A stretch of DNA of 64,000 bases from an uncultured Verrucomicrobiota bacterium (GTDB lineage Bacteria; Verrucomicrobiota; Kiritimatiellia; JAAZAB01). The notes below the pieces were generated by a model, which worked only from the letters and a program-made list of their open reading frames with translations, ran no database searches and had not been told where the DNA came from. Within the stretch, counting starts at the first letter, position 1. Every line of letters begins with the position of its first letter. Shown one piece after another: positions 18,901 to 26,902 of the stretch. Location of the stretch: contig CAYUHK010000005.1 of the NCBI GenBank assembly GCA_964444425.1, positions 4,031 through 68,030 of the forward strand. Direction: 5' to 3'. The position numbers were made by a program, and so were the translations under genes.

Positions 18901-19399
18901 GCAAACTATCGCGGCTATCCGTAAACATGACCGGCGCCATTTGATCTATATTGAGTCGCCGGAAAGCTTTGCCTCGGTTATGATGCTCAATAAAATCGAG
19001 CCGATGGATGACCCTCTGCTGGTTTACAGCTTTCATGATTACGACTATCGGCTCTATGAATTTTGGCCGAATGGTCTTTACTCAATCCGCACGGTATTGG
19101 AAGGCTGGTTCAAGGCCTTTGAGCTCATGGTTGAGCGCCACGCGCGAATACATATCGGCGAGTGGGGTGGTTACGAACAGCGCCCTGAAAAATGGGTTTT
19201 TACGCGGCCGCATACCATTGCCCAAACGCTTGATATGTGCCGCATCTTCCAGCACTTCAATATACATTTCCATTACTATTCCAATCGCGGCATCACCCGA
19301 CAGGCCGCTGACGGGGCCGCGGAACAAAGCTATGTGCAGGAAGGGTTTCGGCGCTTCTTTGCCCGCGGGCACTGGAATTATTATCAAAAACAAAAATAA
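15995..19399 (+). CDS. Large secreted multi-domain glycoside hydrolase, paralog C: GH2-N-like beta-sandwich (middle), family core, C-terminal GH5 catalytic module
   Basis: The likely start is the MLRHYRFCWVIATLMMAAFTAAAG methionine (about 16052). The core block IVERCRFWSQALLAYPIAF is homologous to paralogs A and B. A GH2-N-like WAWYRRTLHIPQEW...NPQDFWAVE...NLIAVRVYD lies at about 17.3-17.8 kb. The GH5 hallmarks are NEP (Glu codon 18857-18859) and IGEWGG (Glu codon 19160-19162), with FHDYDY between them. Confidence 0.7.
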   Translation: MYPLPTILGCQAFNERFRLMLRHYRFCWVIATLMMAAFTAAAGEAIAPDFSAGEPKFPQAVYGYQYSSTAPCVYRSLFNATPETECVALRLQTTGPVVVRVNGRLVYEHTPDQKAKSGPDAPAEIRDVVFAEWIRPGQNVLAISAAIKGLALEGAIIDRAGTIQRLSSSTQWQVKKFPPWSFLQHEQALLDPAADISDWVPVKNSADAALTISDQELQTLAAPAIKALRAELARNLTWRLNLIVQRGCIIDDWEPFYFGDASRLPDEALRVTTGLRESLQKIMAQPEISPAIHSLADGTEALTLAIRLLDEAECLANTAEALQRKNPMGAKAAQEATGQFQALGKQAMTALLAGNYTQARQILAGSREQIDSVFNTVEGSWKNVVNRLNQSDANRFGWCDITHLLDNDINRWGLRIGATEISWKMNLNGLWRFKLDPPNTGLQETYHDPAYNVLWSEIVVPGDWEHQGFQDLNPDIKKTNPFPGINDKLEDAPYNGWAWYRRTLHIPQEWAGYDLELGIGRVDDYDWAYFNGQEIGHTAYDTNPQDFWAVERKYKIPKKLVKFGGLNLIAVRVYDCRDKGGIMGDVEIRCPALQAAYEQRPPSQTQAATIWNSPLSVGALVTAGEDPLQLWGWNERGVPGPQAIAWPGQDALEYKPLTKTATLYDAQTDGDLPENWALLWPAATVVEQPILMVFLDKPQTIAANVGEEGTSQISCTFGKKAAQVVLARPFRAELNFGETIPTQIVERCRFWSQALLAYPIAFTEINERSANEPEMLDITDIYTYKILKDAWNTKPLKVALLPPFFSYAVEQKFPGLAFPSNAQTLGCSLGKYGTLKGVLDSDRVSYRVPLDEIPAFGGMTAFAFSPVDIGAGNVAEVRDVALCGGNSWRPQTAVGPGPQLQFCLDAGQELGVNILHNTSADHAGGDHKIPALYESLAQAYHDLPFAAISYDPFNEPAGLRAEAYNPLVRQTIAAIRKHDRRHLIYIESPESFASVMMLNKIEPMDDPLLVYSFHDYDYRLYEFWPNGLYSIRTVLEGWFKAFELMVERHARIHIGEWGGYEQRPEKWVFTRPHTIAQTLDMCRIFQHFNIHFHYYSNRGITRQAADGAAEQSYVQEGFRRFFARGHWNYYQKQK

Positions 19400-19402
19400 A
19401 GT

Positions 19403-20596
19403 CTACAGCAAGGCCGATTGGATTTCATCCAGGGAAACGCCCAATTTAGCCAGGGCGATTTTATCCAAATCGGCTGGCTGGCCCTCAAAATGAAATGTCT
19501 GTTGCCTATGCTCGGCGCTAGCGCCCGGCTGCAAAGCTAGGGCTGGCGAAGATGTCTCCAGCTCGTAAAATGATCCCTGCGGCAGAGCACCATCATTATA
19601 AACATTGATCGCGTCGCCGCAGTAAGGCTCTGGCTGAATAGCCCACATTGAATTCACATAGCGCGGTAAGCGATCCAGGTATGCGCCGGCTGCTTCGGGA
19701 CGACTATATTGAACGATCGTCAAGATACGGCGAGCAGCATCGTAACTGCCCAGCGCCCCAGTAGCACGCCAAGGAGACACGCCGATCTTGCTGCGATGAC
19801 AACCATCGCCCTTAAAAAATATAGTCCGCGCGGCGATCTTAAGCCGGTCGGCAGGAACCTTGCCGAAATAAACATCGTTCACAATCGGGCCCAATTGCTG
19901 CTCTAGGCCTGGCTTAAATGGGATAGCGATCGTCGTTTGCGGCGAGGTTGGAAACATGCCCAGCACCCAGATGGAAAGCAGGCCGCTCTCCTCCGCCCAA
20001 GCTTGCGCGCCGGTGTTGGTCAAGCGATTATTCGATTCGAAGGCCACCAGCGTCAAGGCGGCTGGCAGCTTAAGGCCCAGAGCATCAAGGACTAATTCGC
20101 GCTCAAGGAGCCTGATTTCTCGATCGACGCGCAGCTGAAACACGCTGCCGGAATAGTTTTCCAAGCGCATCTCTTTCTTTAACAGGGCCTGACTGCTAGT
20201 TTTAGAAACCAACTCGAATGATTCAGTATCGATCGGCGCAGGCGTAAACCAATGCTCCAGATCAAAGGGTGCTCCTGATTTGAAAAATATGGAGAATTGT
20301 CCACCCTCCGGACCAATCCAGAACCGGTCTTCGCCCCCATAGGGATTATTATGGCGCAGCGGTTTAGCCGACGCGATCAGCTGATGATTGATCCAGCCAT
20401 AGCTAGGGCCCTGCGGCTCTCGGGCCGTGCTGGTCATAACGCGCCCCTGCAATGCCGGTACAACGACCACTTGACTTTGACCAGCCGCGCCAGATAGCAC
20501 TATCACCGGCACATGCTGTTCCAAAAACTCTCGATCCTGCTCGAAGGTCGGTTGAATCTTTCTTGCTATCATAGGTAGTGCCTCCTCTTGCCGCAC
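19403..20596 (-). CDS. Hypothetical cytoplasmic protein (397 aa), no recognised domain
   Basis: Long ORF with coding-like composition and no signal peptide. Its stop (19403-19405) lies 3 nt from the stop of the GH5 gene on the other strand. Confidence 0.5.
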   Translation of the reverse strand: MRQEEALPMIARKIQPTFEQDREFLEQHVPVIVLSGAAGQSQVVVVPALQGRVMTSTAREPQGPSYGWINHQLIASAKPLRHNNPYGGEDRFWIGPEGGQFSIFFKSGAPFDLEHWFTPAPIDTESFELVSKTSSQALLKKEMRLENYSGSVFQLRVDREIRLLERELVLDALGLKLPAALTLVAFESNNRLTNTGAQAWAEESGLLSIWVLGMFPTSPQTTIAIPFKPGLEQQLGPIVNDVYFGKVPADRLKIAARTIFFKGDGCHRSKIGVSPWRATGALGSYDAARRILTIVQYSRPEAAGAYLDRLPRYVNSMWAIQPEPYCGDAINVYNDGALPQGSFYELETSSPALALQPGASAEHRQQTFHFEGQPADLDKIALAKLGVSLDEIQSALL

Positions 20597-20979
20597 CCAT
20601 AGCGCTAAAGGCTATGGCCGGGTTTTCTTCATGCCACTTAGATAATTTCAGCCCTGCTTTATACTGCTGGCGCCAAACAATATAAAGTTTTTTATGCAGC
20701 AGCCGCAAAAGAGCTCACCCTGGCATTGCATGATTTAACAATCAACCCCACCCTCTGCTCAGATCCCCAGCCGACAAGCCAGGGCTGGCTAGCGCTGGCC
20801 TTAGAGAAGACAGCGCTGCATGAGTGGCTGGCGCCGAGTGGAGCGGCGGGCAATGCGGCCCTAGCATCTCTATGCCAGTCAAGATAGATAGCAGCGCGCT
20901 GCTTGAAGATGGATCGTATACTAATCTCTGGCTATCGACTGCAATGCTACCAGCTTGCAGCAGCTGCTAATTTAATGCA

Positions 20980-22080
20980 TCAGCGGATCAGCTCTACGAG
21001 GCGGCCTGGATGCATGCGCACCAGGCGCTTCATTTCCAACCCGATTAAGAGCGCGCTGACGCGCGCGGCGCTCAAACCGATGCTGCGCGTTAGCCTATCT
21101 AGATCCTGTTCGCCGTCCTCCAAGGCGCGCACAATACGTTCTTCTTCTGGCAAGAGCGGCGGGCGGGCCGCGGCGGCCGGCGCGGCACGATCAAGCTGCC
21201 GAGAAGGAATCAGGAATTCGAATTCATCCAAAATATCATCCACATTCTCAACCAAGCGGGCGCCGTTTTTAATTAATTGATGAACGCCTCGAGATGACGA
21301 CGAATCGATGCGGCCCGGCACTGCAAAGACCTGGCGCCCCTGATCGAGAGCTTGATCAACAGTGATCAGGGCGCCGCTGCTTAGCCCGGCTTCAACCACC
21401 AGCACTCCCATGGATAAACCGCTGATGATTCGATTGCGCATGGGAAAAGTGGTTTTATCCGGCTGGCGCCCCAAGGGAAACTCGCTTAGCACGGCACCGT
21501 GACGAGCGATTTCCCTGGCCAGATCTGCGTTTTCCGCGGGATAGAGGCAATCCAGAGCCCCACCCAGCACGGCCAGCGTCCGGCCGCCGCCTTTCAGAGC
21601 GCCGCGATGCGCAGCCGTATCAATCCCGCGAGCCAAGCCGCTTACAACGACAAAACCCGCTTGGACCAGCTGATATGCCAGCTGATCAGCACAAGCCCGG
21701 CCATAGATGGTGGAACGGCGTGAGCCTACCACGGCCAGCGCACGCTGGTCGGCAGTTTCCAAAGATCCATAGCAATATAAAGCTAAGGGCGGGTCATGAA
21801 TTTGCCGCAACCCTTTGGGATAAGCTGGATCTACTGGCGTGAAGATCTGCGCCCCCAGTTTCTGAATTCGCTCGATCTCGACAGTGGGGTTAATCTCTAT
21901 ACGCTGAGCAATGATTGATTGCGCCAGTGCCGCACCGATGCCATGGGCGCGGCGTAGCTCTGCGGGCGTGGCTTGAAAGATGGCCTGAGGCGAGCCAAGG
22001 GCCATAATAAGAGAGCGCACGCTTACCGGGCCAATGCCCGCCATCATGTTCAGCGCCACGTATGCTTCGCGCTCGTCCAC
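20980..22080 (-). CDS. dprA: DNA-processing protein A (DNA protecting protein, Rossmann-fold DprA)
   Basis: N-terminal SAM-like helix-hairpin region. Central motifs VVSGLARGIDTAAH, TLAVLGGALDCLYP, SEFPLG and VVEAG. Confidence 0.85.
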   Translation of the reverse strand: MDEREAYVALNMMAGIGPVSVRSLIMALGSPQAIFQATPAELRRAHGIGAALAQSIIAQRIEINPTVEIERIQKLGAQIFTPVDPAYPKGLRQIHDPPLALYCYGSLETADQRALAVVGSRRSTIYGRACADQLAYQLVQAGFVVVSGLARGIDTAAHRGALKGGGRTLAVLGGALDCLYPAENADLAREIARHGAVLSEFPLGRQPDKTTFPMRNRIISGLSMGVLVVEAGLSSGALITVDQALDQGRQVFAVPGRIDSSSSRGVHQLIKNGARLVENVDDILDEFEFLIPSRQLDRAAPAAAARPPLLPEEERIVRALEDGEQDLDRLTRSIGLSAARVSALLIGLEMKRLVRMHPGRLVELIR

Positions 22081-22143
22081 AAGCTGAACTCCTTGAGCCT
22101 GGCCTTGACAATCAAGCCAGCCTGATGCCAGAGGCAGCGTTGG

Positions 22144-22779
22144 TTACTGTTTGGCGTTCGGACGGCGGCGGCGATGCCGGCCGAACAATTCTAACTGCGG
22201 AGTTTTAATAAGATCGTAGTTTTTTAAAATACGCAGTGTTTGCAGCAGGTCGGATTTATCATAATTCTTTTTACTGTCCAGGCGATTGATCAGCTCGAGC
22301 AGTAAGGTTCGAAAGAGCAGCACGCCATCAACACCTTTAGCTCTCAATAGCCGGATGGTTTCGGCTCTGAGTTTCTCCGAGGCCGGCAGCTGAGGAAAGC
22401 ACAATATCTTGGCCAAGGGCGCGCCATCCAGACGCCGGGACACCAGGCGCACTGATTCCTCGCTGGCGAAACGCAGCATTTCAGGAATTTGATTCAGGAT
22501 GCTGGGATAGAAACGCTCGGTGTGCCAGCCATAGACTCCTACCACGGCCCGCGGAATATACTTAAGATCCGCCGTGGTCCAGATGGTAGCCTGCGGAAGC
22601 TTCAGCTCAGTGATAAGAGGGTTGACCACGATTAGATCAATTTCTTCTTCCAGCCGTTTACGGCGACCAGATGGCGAGTATTTACGCGGCTGACTAACCA
22701 AGTAGCCCAATGTTTCAAAATATTCCCTGACGATCCATTCGCTGACCGATGACATGATGGCCCCCTTAAGGTCGCTCAA
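22144..22779 (-). CDS. Hypothetical protein (211 aa) with a possible PD-(D/E)xK nuclease-like core
   Basis: The EEEIDLIVVNPLITELK segment (D-x9-ELK) is compatible with a PD-(D/E)xK signature. It sits 63 nt upstream of dprA on the same strand. The fold assignment is inference only. Confidence 0.45.
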   Translation of the reverse strand: MSDLKGAIMSSVSEWIVREYFETLGYLVSQPRKYSPSGRRKRLEEEIDLIVVNPLITELKLPQATIWTTADLKYIPRAVVGVYGWHTERFYPSILNQIPEMLRFASEESVRLVSRRLDGAPLAKILCFPQLPASEKLRAETIRLLRAKGVDGVLLFRTLLLELINRLDSKKNYDKSDLLQTLRILKNYDLIKTPQLELFGRHRRRRPNAKQ

Positions 22780-23089
22780 CTTCAGCCAGCCGCCCGGCCA
22801 GCGCTAAGCTTGGCCTCCTGAGGCGCAGCTTGGTTGAACCGGCGCCACTAGCTAGCTATAATTTATACTCATTAGCAAAATATTTCGAGCTGAAAATAAA
22901 GTTGGCCTAGCATGTTGCCACAGTTTTAACAATCCTGGCGCTGCCAGCGCTGAGGCGGCGCGGGCTATTTCAGACCAATCAATACAATTCAAACTATGAT
23001 CCCGATTGCTTTATAGCTAGATGCCTGCTATTTTATAATCAGTTTAAGGTGGGCGCTCGGACAAGATCCCAAGCACAGGGTTTTAGTTT

Positions 23090-24625
23090 ATGCTGGCTAA
23101 AGTCCATTCCAGCGCTATCTATGGCGTTGACGCATATCTTGTTGAAATAGAAGTAAACTCTGGGCCAGGCGATCCCCAGACAGTAGTGGTGGGATTGCCC
23201 GACGCCGCTGTAAAAGAAAGCAAGGATCGCGTTCAGACTGCCATCCTCAATTCCGGCTTCAAAATGCCCAAGGGGCGTTTAACCGTAAACCTCGCTCCGG
23301 CTGATATCAAAAAAGAAGGTCCTAGCTTTGATCTGCCCATTGCCATCGGCGTATTGGCTACAGAGGCAGAGGTGCCCCAAGAGGCCTTGGCTGGCTTTGC
23401 CATGGTGGGCGAGCTAGCACTGAGTGGAGCCGTGCGCCAAGTCAGAGGTGTCCTCTCGATCGCCTTGGCCGCGCGAGCGGGCAAGATCCCCGCCCTATTA
23501 GTGCCGGCCGACAATGCTGATGAGGCCGCCGTGGTGGAAGGCATTGATATCTATCCGGTAGGCAACTTGCGCCAGGCGACGGACTTCATTGCCGGCCGCA
23601 TCAGCCGGCAGCCCTATCGAGTGGCTTTGAAGAAAGTCTTGGAAGAACAGCTAGCGCATGAAGAAGATTTTGCCGATGTCAAGGGTCAGGAACATGCTAA
23701 GCGCGCGCTGGAAGTCGCCGTGGCGGGAGGACATAACCTTCTGTTTATCGGGCCGCCGGGCACGGGCAAGACCATGTTGGCCAAGCGTATTCCCTCAATC
23801 CTGCCGCTGCTGACCCTGGAGGAGGCTTTGGAGACCACCAAGATTCACAGCGTCTCCGGCGAATTAGCGCCTCGCCAAGCCTTGGTGGCGCGCCGGCCGT
23901 TTCGGGCGCCGCATCATACCGTCTCCGACGCCGGCCTGCTGGGCGGCGGCGCCCATCCCGTTCCCGGCGAGGTTAGCTTGGCACACCGCGGCGTATTGTT
24001 TTTAGATGAGCTGCCCGAGTTTCATCGCCATGTTCTGGAAGTGCTACGCCAGCCTCTGGAAGATGGCGTAGTTACGATTTCACGCGCGGCGGCAAGTGTG
24101 ACATTCCCCTGCCAATTCATGTTGGTGGCGGCAATGAATCCATGCCCTTGCGGATTTCATGGAGATCCCAAGCACGAATGCCGCTGCACCCCGCTGCAGA
24201 TTCAAAACTATCGCAATAAGATTTCTGGGCCGCTACTGGATCGCATTGATATTCATATTGAGGCGCCGGCTGTTCGCTATGAGGAGCTTGCCTCTATCGG
24301 CGCGGGGGAACCATCGGCGGCGATCCGGGAAAGGGTGAAAACGGCGCGCCAGCGGCAGCAGCAGCGATTCAGAGGGTTGCGCAAGGTGCATTGCAACGCC
24401 GCCATGCGGTCGAAGGAAATCCAGAAATATTGTCAATTGAAGCCGGATGGCCAGAATCTGCTAAAAATGGCCATCAGCGAATTGCACTTCAGCGCCCGAG
24501 CCTACGATCGCATCCTGAAAACAGCGCGCACGATTGCTGATCTGGACGGCGCGGCGGATATCCAGTCCCAGCATGTCTCCGAAGCCATCCAGTATCGCAC
24601 CTTGGATAGGCAATTCTGGATTTAA
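23090..24625 (+). CDS. comM: YifB/ComM-family Mg-chelatase-like AAA+ ATPase
   Basis: N-terminal Lon-protease-like domain ([16 protein letters not shown]), Walker [14 protein letters not shown], Walker [11 protein letters not shown] and a C-terminal ChlI-type helical domain. Confidence 0.85.
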   Translation: MLAKVHSSAIYGVDAYLVEIEVNSGPGDPQTVVVGLPDAAVKESKDRVQTAILNSGFKMPKGRLTVNLAPADIKKEGPSFDLPIAIGVLATEAEVPQEALAGFAMVGELALSGAVRQVRGVLSIALAARAGKIPALLVPADNADEAAVVEGIDIYPVGNLRQATDFIAGRISRQPYRVALKKVLEEQLAHEEDFADVKGQEHAKRALEVAVAGGHNLLFIGPPGTGKTMLAKRIPSILPLLTLEEALETTKIHSVSGELAPRQALVARRPFRAPHHTVSDAGLLGGGAHPVPGEVSLAHRGVLFLDELPEFHRHVLEVLRQPLEDGVVTISRAAASVTFPCQFMLVAAMNPCPCGFHGDPKHECRCTPLQIQNYRNKISGPLLDRIDIHIEAPAVRYEELASIGAGEPSAAIRERVKTARQRQQQRFRGLRKVHCNAAMRSKEIQKYCQLKPDGQNLLKMAISELHFSARAYDRILKTARTIADLDGAADIQSQHVSEAIQYRTLDRQFWI

Positions 24626-24985
24626 GCTTAATCTGGGCCGGCGCAATGGCCTGTGGCGGCTCCGACTATGCTAACGCGGCGACAAACATATGCCTGCCGT
24701 ACAAATTTTAATGGAGCAGACCTGCTTTAGCCCAATTGGTTAAAGCCTCCGACAGCGGACAGCATCGGCGCGCGCCGCCAACTCTTGTAAAGCAGTCGAC
24801 CAAGGGATGAAATCCCAGACCGGCGGCGCCCAAAGTTTTGGCATGGTAAACGAAATTGGTTGGGGGCGCCGTCCAATTGTTTGCCGGCCGGCAGCCTATC
24901 CCAAAGAATTTTGCTGATCCCCACCACCCTATAATGGCGTTGTATAAAGGATGCTATCATATCGACCCAGCGCTCCGAAGCCGCG

Positions 24986-25582
24986 TTAATGCAGCAGCGC
25001 TTGACGAACTATCTCTTCAATAGCAGCATCGGCAGCAAGGCGTGGGATGGCCGCCGCTATCATTTTTTGTGCTTGCGCTTGCTTATAGCCCAAGGCGATC
25101 AGTGCCATGATCGCATCCCGCGCGCGCTGGTTGCCTGGCGTAGCATCCAACGCGCTGGCGGCGGCTGTCAATGCCAAGGCGCCGGAAATTTTATCGCGCA
25201 GTTCGACAACCATACGTTCAGCGATTTTTTTACCAATGCCGGAAATAGCGCTCAAGCGTTGTACATCACTGCTGCTGATAGCAATGCTGAGCTCGTTGGC
25301 AGATAAACTGCTCAAAGCGCTCATGGCCAGCTTAGGACCTATGCCGCTGACTCCCATTAGCAGCACAAACAGTTGCCGCTCCTCCTCGGTGATAAAGCCA
25401 TAAAGAACATGCTGATCTTCACGCACATAATCATAAATCAGGATGCGGCAGGGCTGCTGTTCGGCCGGTAAACGATCATAGCTGCGCAGCGGAATAAAGA
25501 CTTCATAACCAACCCCGGCAACATTGAGCGCCAAGCGCGCCGGCGTCTTCTCTGTCAGGATGCCTTCTAGAAAGATAATCAT
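24986..25582 (-). CDS. ruvA: Holliday junction branch-migration complex subunit RuvA
   Basis: MIIFLEGILTEKTP...GYEVFIPL, HhH motifs LMGVSGIGPKLAMS and ISGIGKKIAERMV. It lies immediately downstream of ruvC. Confidence 0.9.
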   Translation of the reverse strand: MIIFLEGILTEKTPARLALNVAGVGYEVFIPLRSYDRLPAEQQPCRILIYDYVREDQHVLYGFITEEERQLFVLLMGVSGIGPKLAMSALSSLSANELSIAISSSDVQRLSAISGIGKKIAERMVVELRDKISGALALTAAASALDATPGNQRARDAIMALIALGYKQAQAQKMIAAAIPRLAADAAIEEIVRQALLH

Positions 25583-25583
25583 T

Positions 25584-26111
25584 TCAAATAGCTTTCAGGT
25601 TCAGGGCGGCAAGACAACCGGCAGCGCTATGCAGATGGCAGAGGGCAATGGCTAACGCATCAGAAGCATCCTCATGGGGCGGCTCATCCAAATTAAGCAG
25701 CGCCATAACCATTTTACGCACCTGTTCTTTGCCAGCGTTACCATATCCCGCTACAGCCTGTTTAACGCGCCGTGGCGAATATTCATAAGTCGGCACGCCG
25801 GCGGCGGCGCAGGCTGCCAAGACCACTCCGCGCGCCTCTCCTAAAATCACTGCGGTCTTCACGTTCTTGCAAAAAAAAATCCCTTCTAAGGCCGCCGCCT
25901 GAGGCTTTTCCCGAGCTATGATTGCGCTCATCGATCGATGCAAATGATCTAGGCAAGCGGACACAGGGCGACCAGGAGGGTTTTTTACCAACTCATAGGC
26001 CAGGGTTTGCAATGCCGATCCCCGCGCTTGAATCAAAGCTACGCCAGTCGAACGGAGCGAGGTATCCACGCCCAGGATACGCATGCAATCGGCTGGCGAT
26101 TTAAGCTTCAT
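25584..26111 (-). CDS. ruvC: Crossover junction endodeoxyribonuclease RuvC
   Basis: ILGVDTSLRSTGVALI N-terminus (catalytic Asp), EGIFF and DASDALAIALCH motifs. Confidence 0.9.
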   Translation of the reverse strand: MKLKSPADCMRILGVDTSLRSTGVALIQARGSALQTLAYELVKNPPGRPVSACLDHLHRSMSAIIAREKPQAAALEGIFFCKNVKTAVILGEARGVVLAACAAAGVPTYEYSPRRVKQAVAGYGNAGKEQVRKMVMALLNLDEPPHEDASDALAIALCHLHSAAGCLAALNLKAI

Positions 26112-26121
26112 GCCTGGCCAC

Positions 26122-26877
26122 TTACTTCTGTTCCAATTCCTCTAACACGGCTTCATTTACATCTAAACTGGAATAGACATTCTGGACATCCTCGTTATCT
26201 TCCAAGGTCTCGATAAATTTCATGATATTGGCAGCCAGAGCTTTATCGGTAACAGTTACATAGCTGTCAGGAATCAGAGTGATTTCTGAGCTAACTGTCT
26301 TGATAGCGGCTTTTTCCAAGGCGGCGGCCACCGCCTCATAATTGGCTGGCTCGGTGATAATCTCAAAGACATCGCCATCCTGCTGCATGTCTTCAGCTCC
26401 GGCATCCAAAACAATGCTCATCAATTTATCCTCTTCCACGGCGGAGGCTTCCACCAGGATTTGTCCCTTACGCTGAAAGTTCCGGACTACCGATCCCTGA
26501 GACGCAAAATTGCTGCCAAATTTAGTGAAGATATGGCGCACTTCTGAGGCGGCACGGTTCTTATTGTCTGTTAACACCTTGATCACTAAGGCCACACCGC
26601 CCCCCGTATAACCCTCATAGACCACTTCTTCCAAGCGACCGCCCTCAAGTTCACCAGTGCCTTTTTTAATAGCCCGCTCAACGTTATCGGATGGCATATT
26701 ATAACTTTTAGCTTTAAGCATCAATGTGCGCAGGGCGGGATTCATATCTGGATTGCCGCCTCCTGCGCGAGCCGCGATCGAAATTTCTTTGCTCATTTTG
26801 CTAAAAATTTTGCCGCGTTTGGCATCCGCCGCACCCTTTTTATGGGCAATCGTTTTCCATTTACTGTGTCCGCTCAT
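26122..26877 (-). CDS. yebC: YebC/PmpR-family DNA-binding transcriptional regulator
   Basis: The canonical N-terminus MSGHSKWKTIAHKKG sets the start at 26877 rather than the longer ORF start at 26946. The gene order yebC-ruvC-ruvA is the classical arrangement. Confidence 0.85.
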   Translation of the reverse strand: MSGHSKWKTIAHKKGAADAKRGKIFSKMSKEISIAARAGGGNPDMNPALRTLMLKAKSYNMPSDNVERAIKKGTGELEGGRLEEVVYEGYTGGGVALVIKVLTDNKNRAASEVRHIFTKFGSNFASQGSVVRNFQRKGQILVEASAVEEDKLMSIVLDAGAEDMQQDGDVFEIITEPANYEAVAAALEKAAIKTVSSEITLIPDSYVTVTDKALAANIMKFIETLEDNEDVQNVYSSLDVNEAVLEELEQK

Positions 26878-26902
26878 AGTGCGCTCCGTTTCATCATGGT
26901 TG

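Noticed and set aside
20903-21280. 125-aa plus-strand ORF overlapping the 3' part of dprA
   Set aside because: It lies antisense to a confidently identified dprA. The translation is Ser/Arg-rich low complexity with no start-site signal.
24727-24960. 77-aa minus-strand ORF in the comM-ruvA spacer
   Set aside because: It has no SD, an odd composition and no recognisable motif. It is more likely non-coding spacer, although the region itself is flagged for an ncRNA search.
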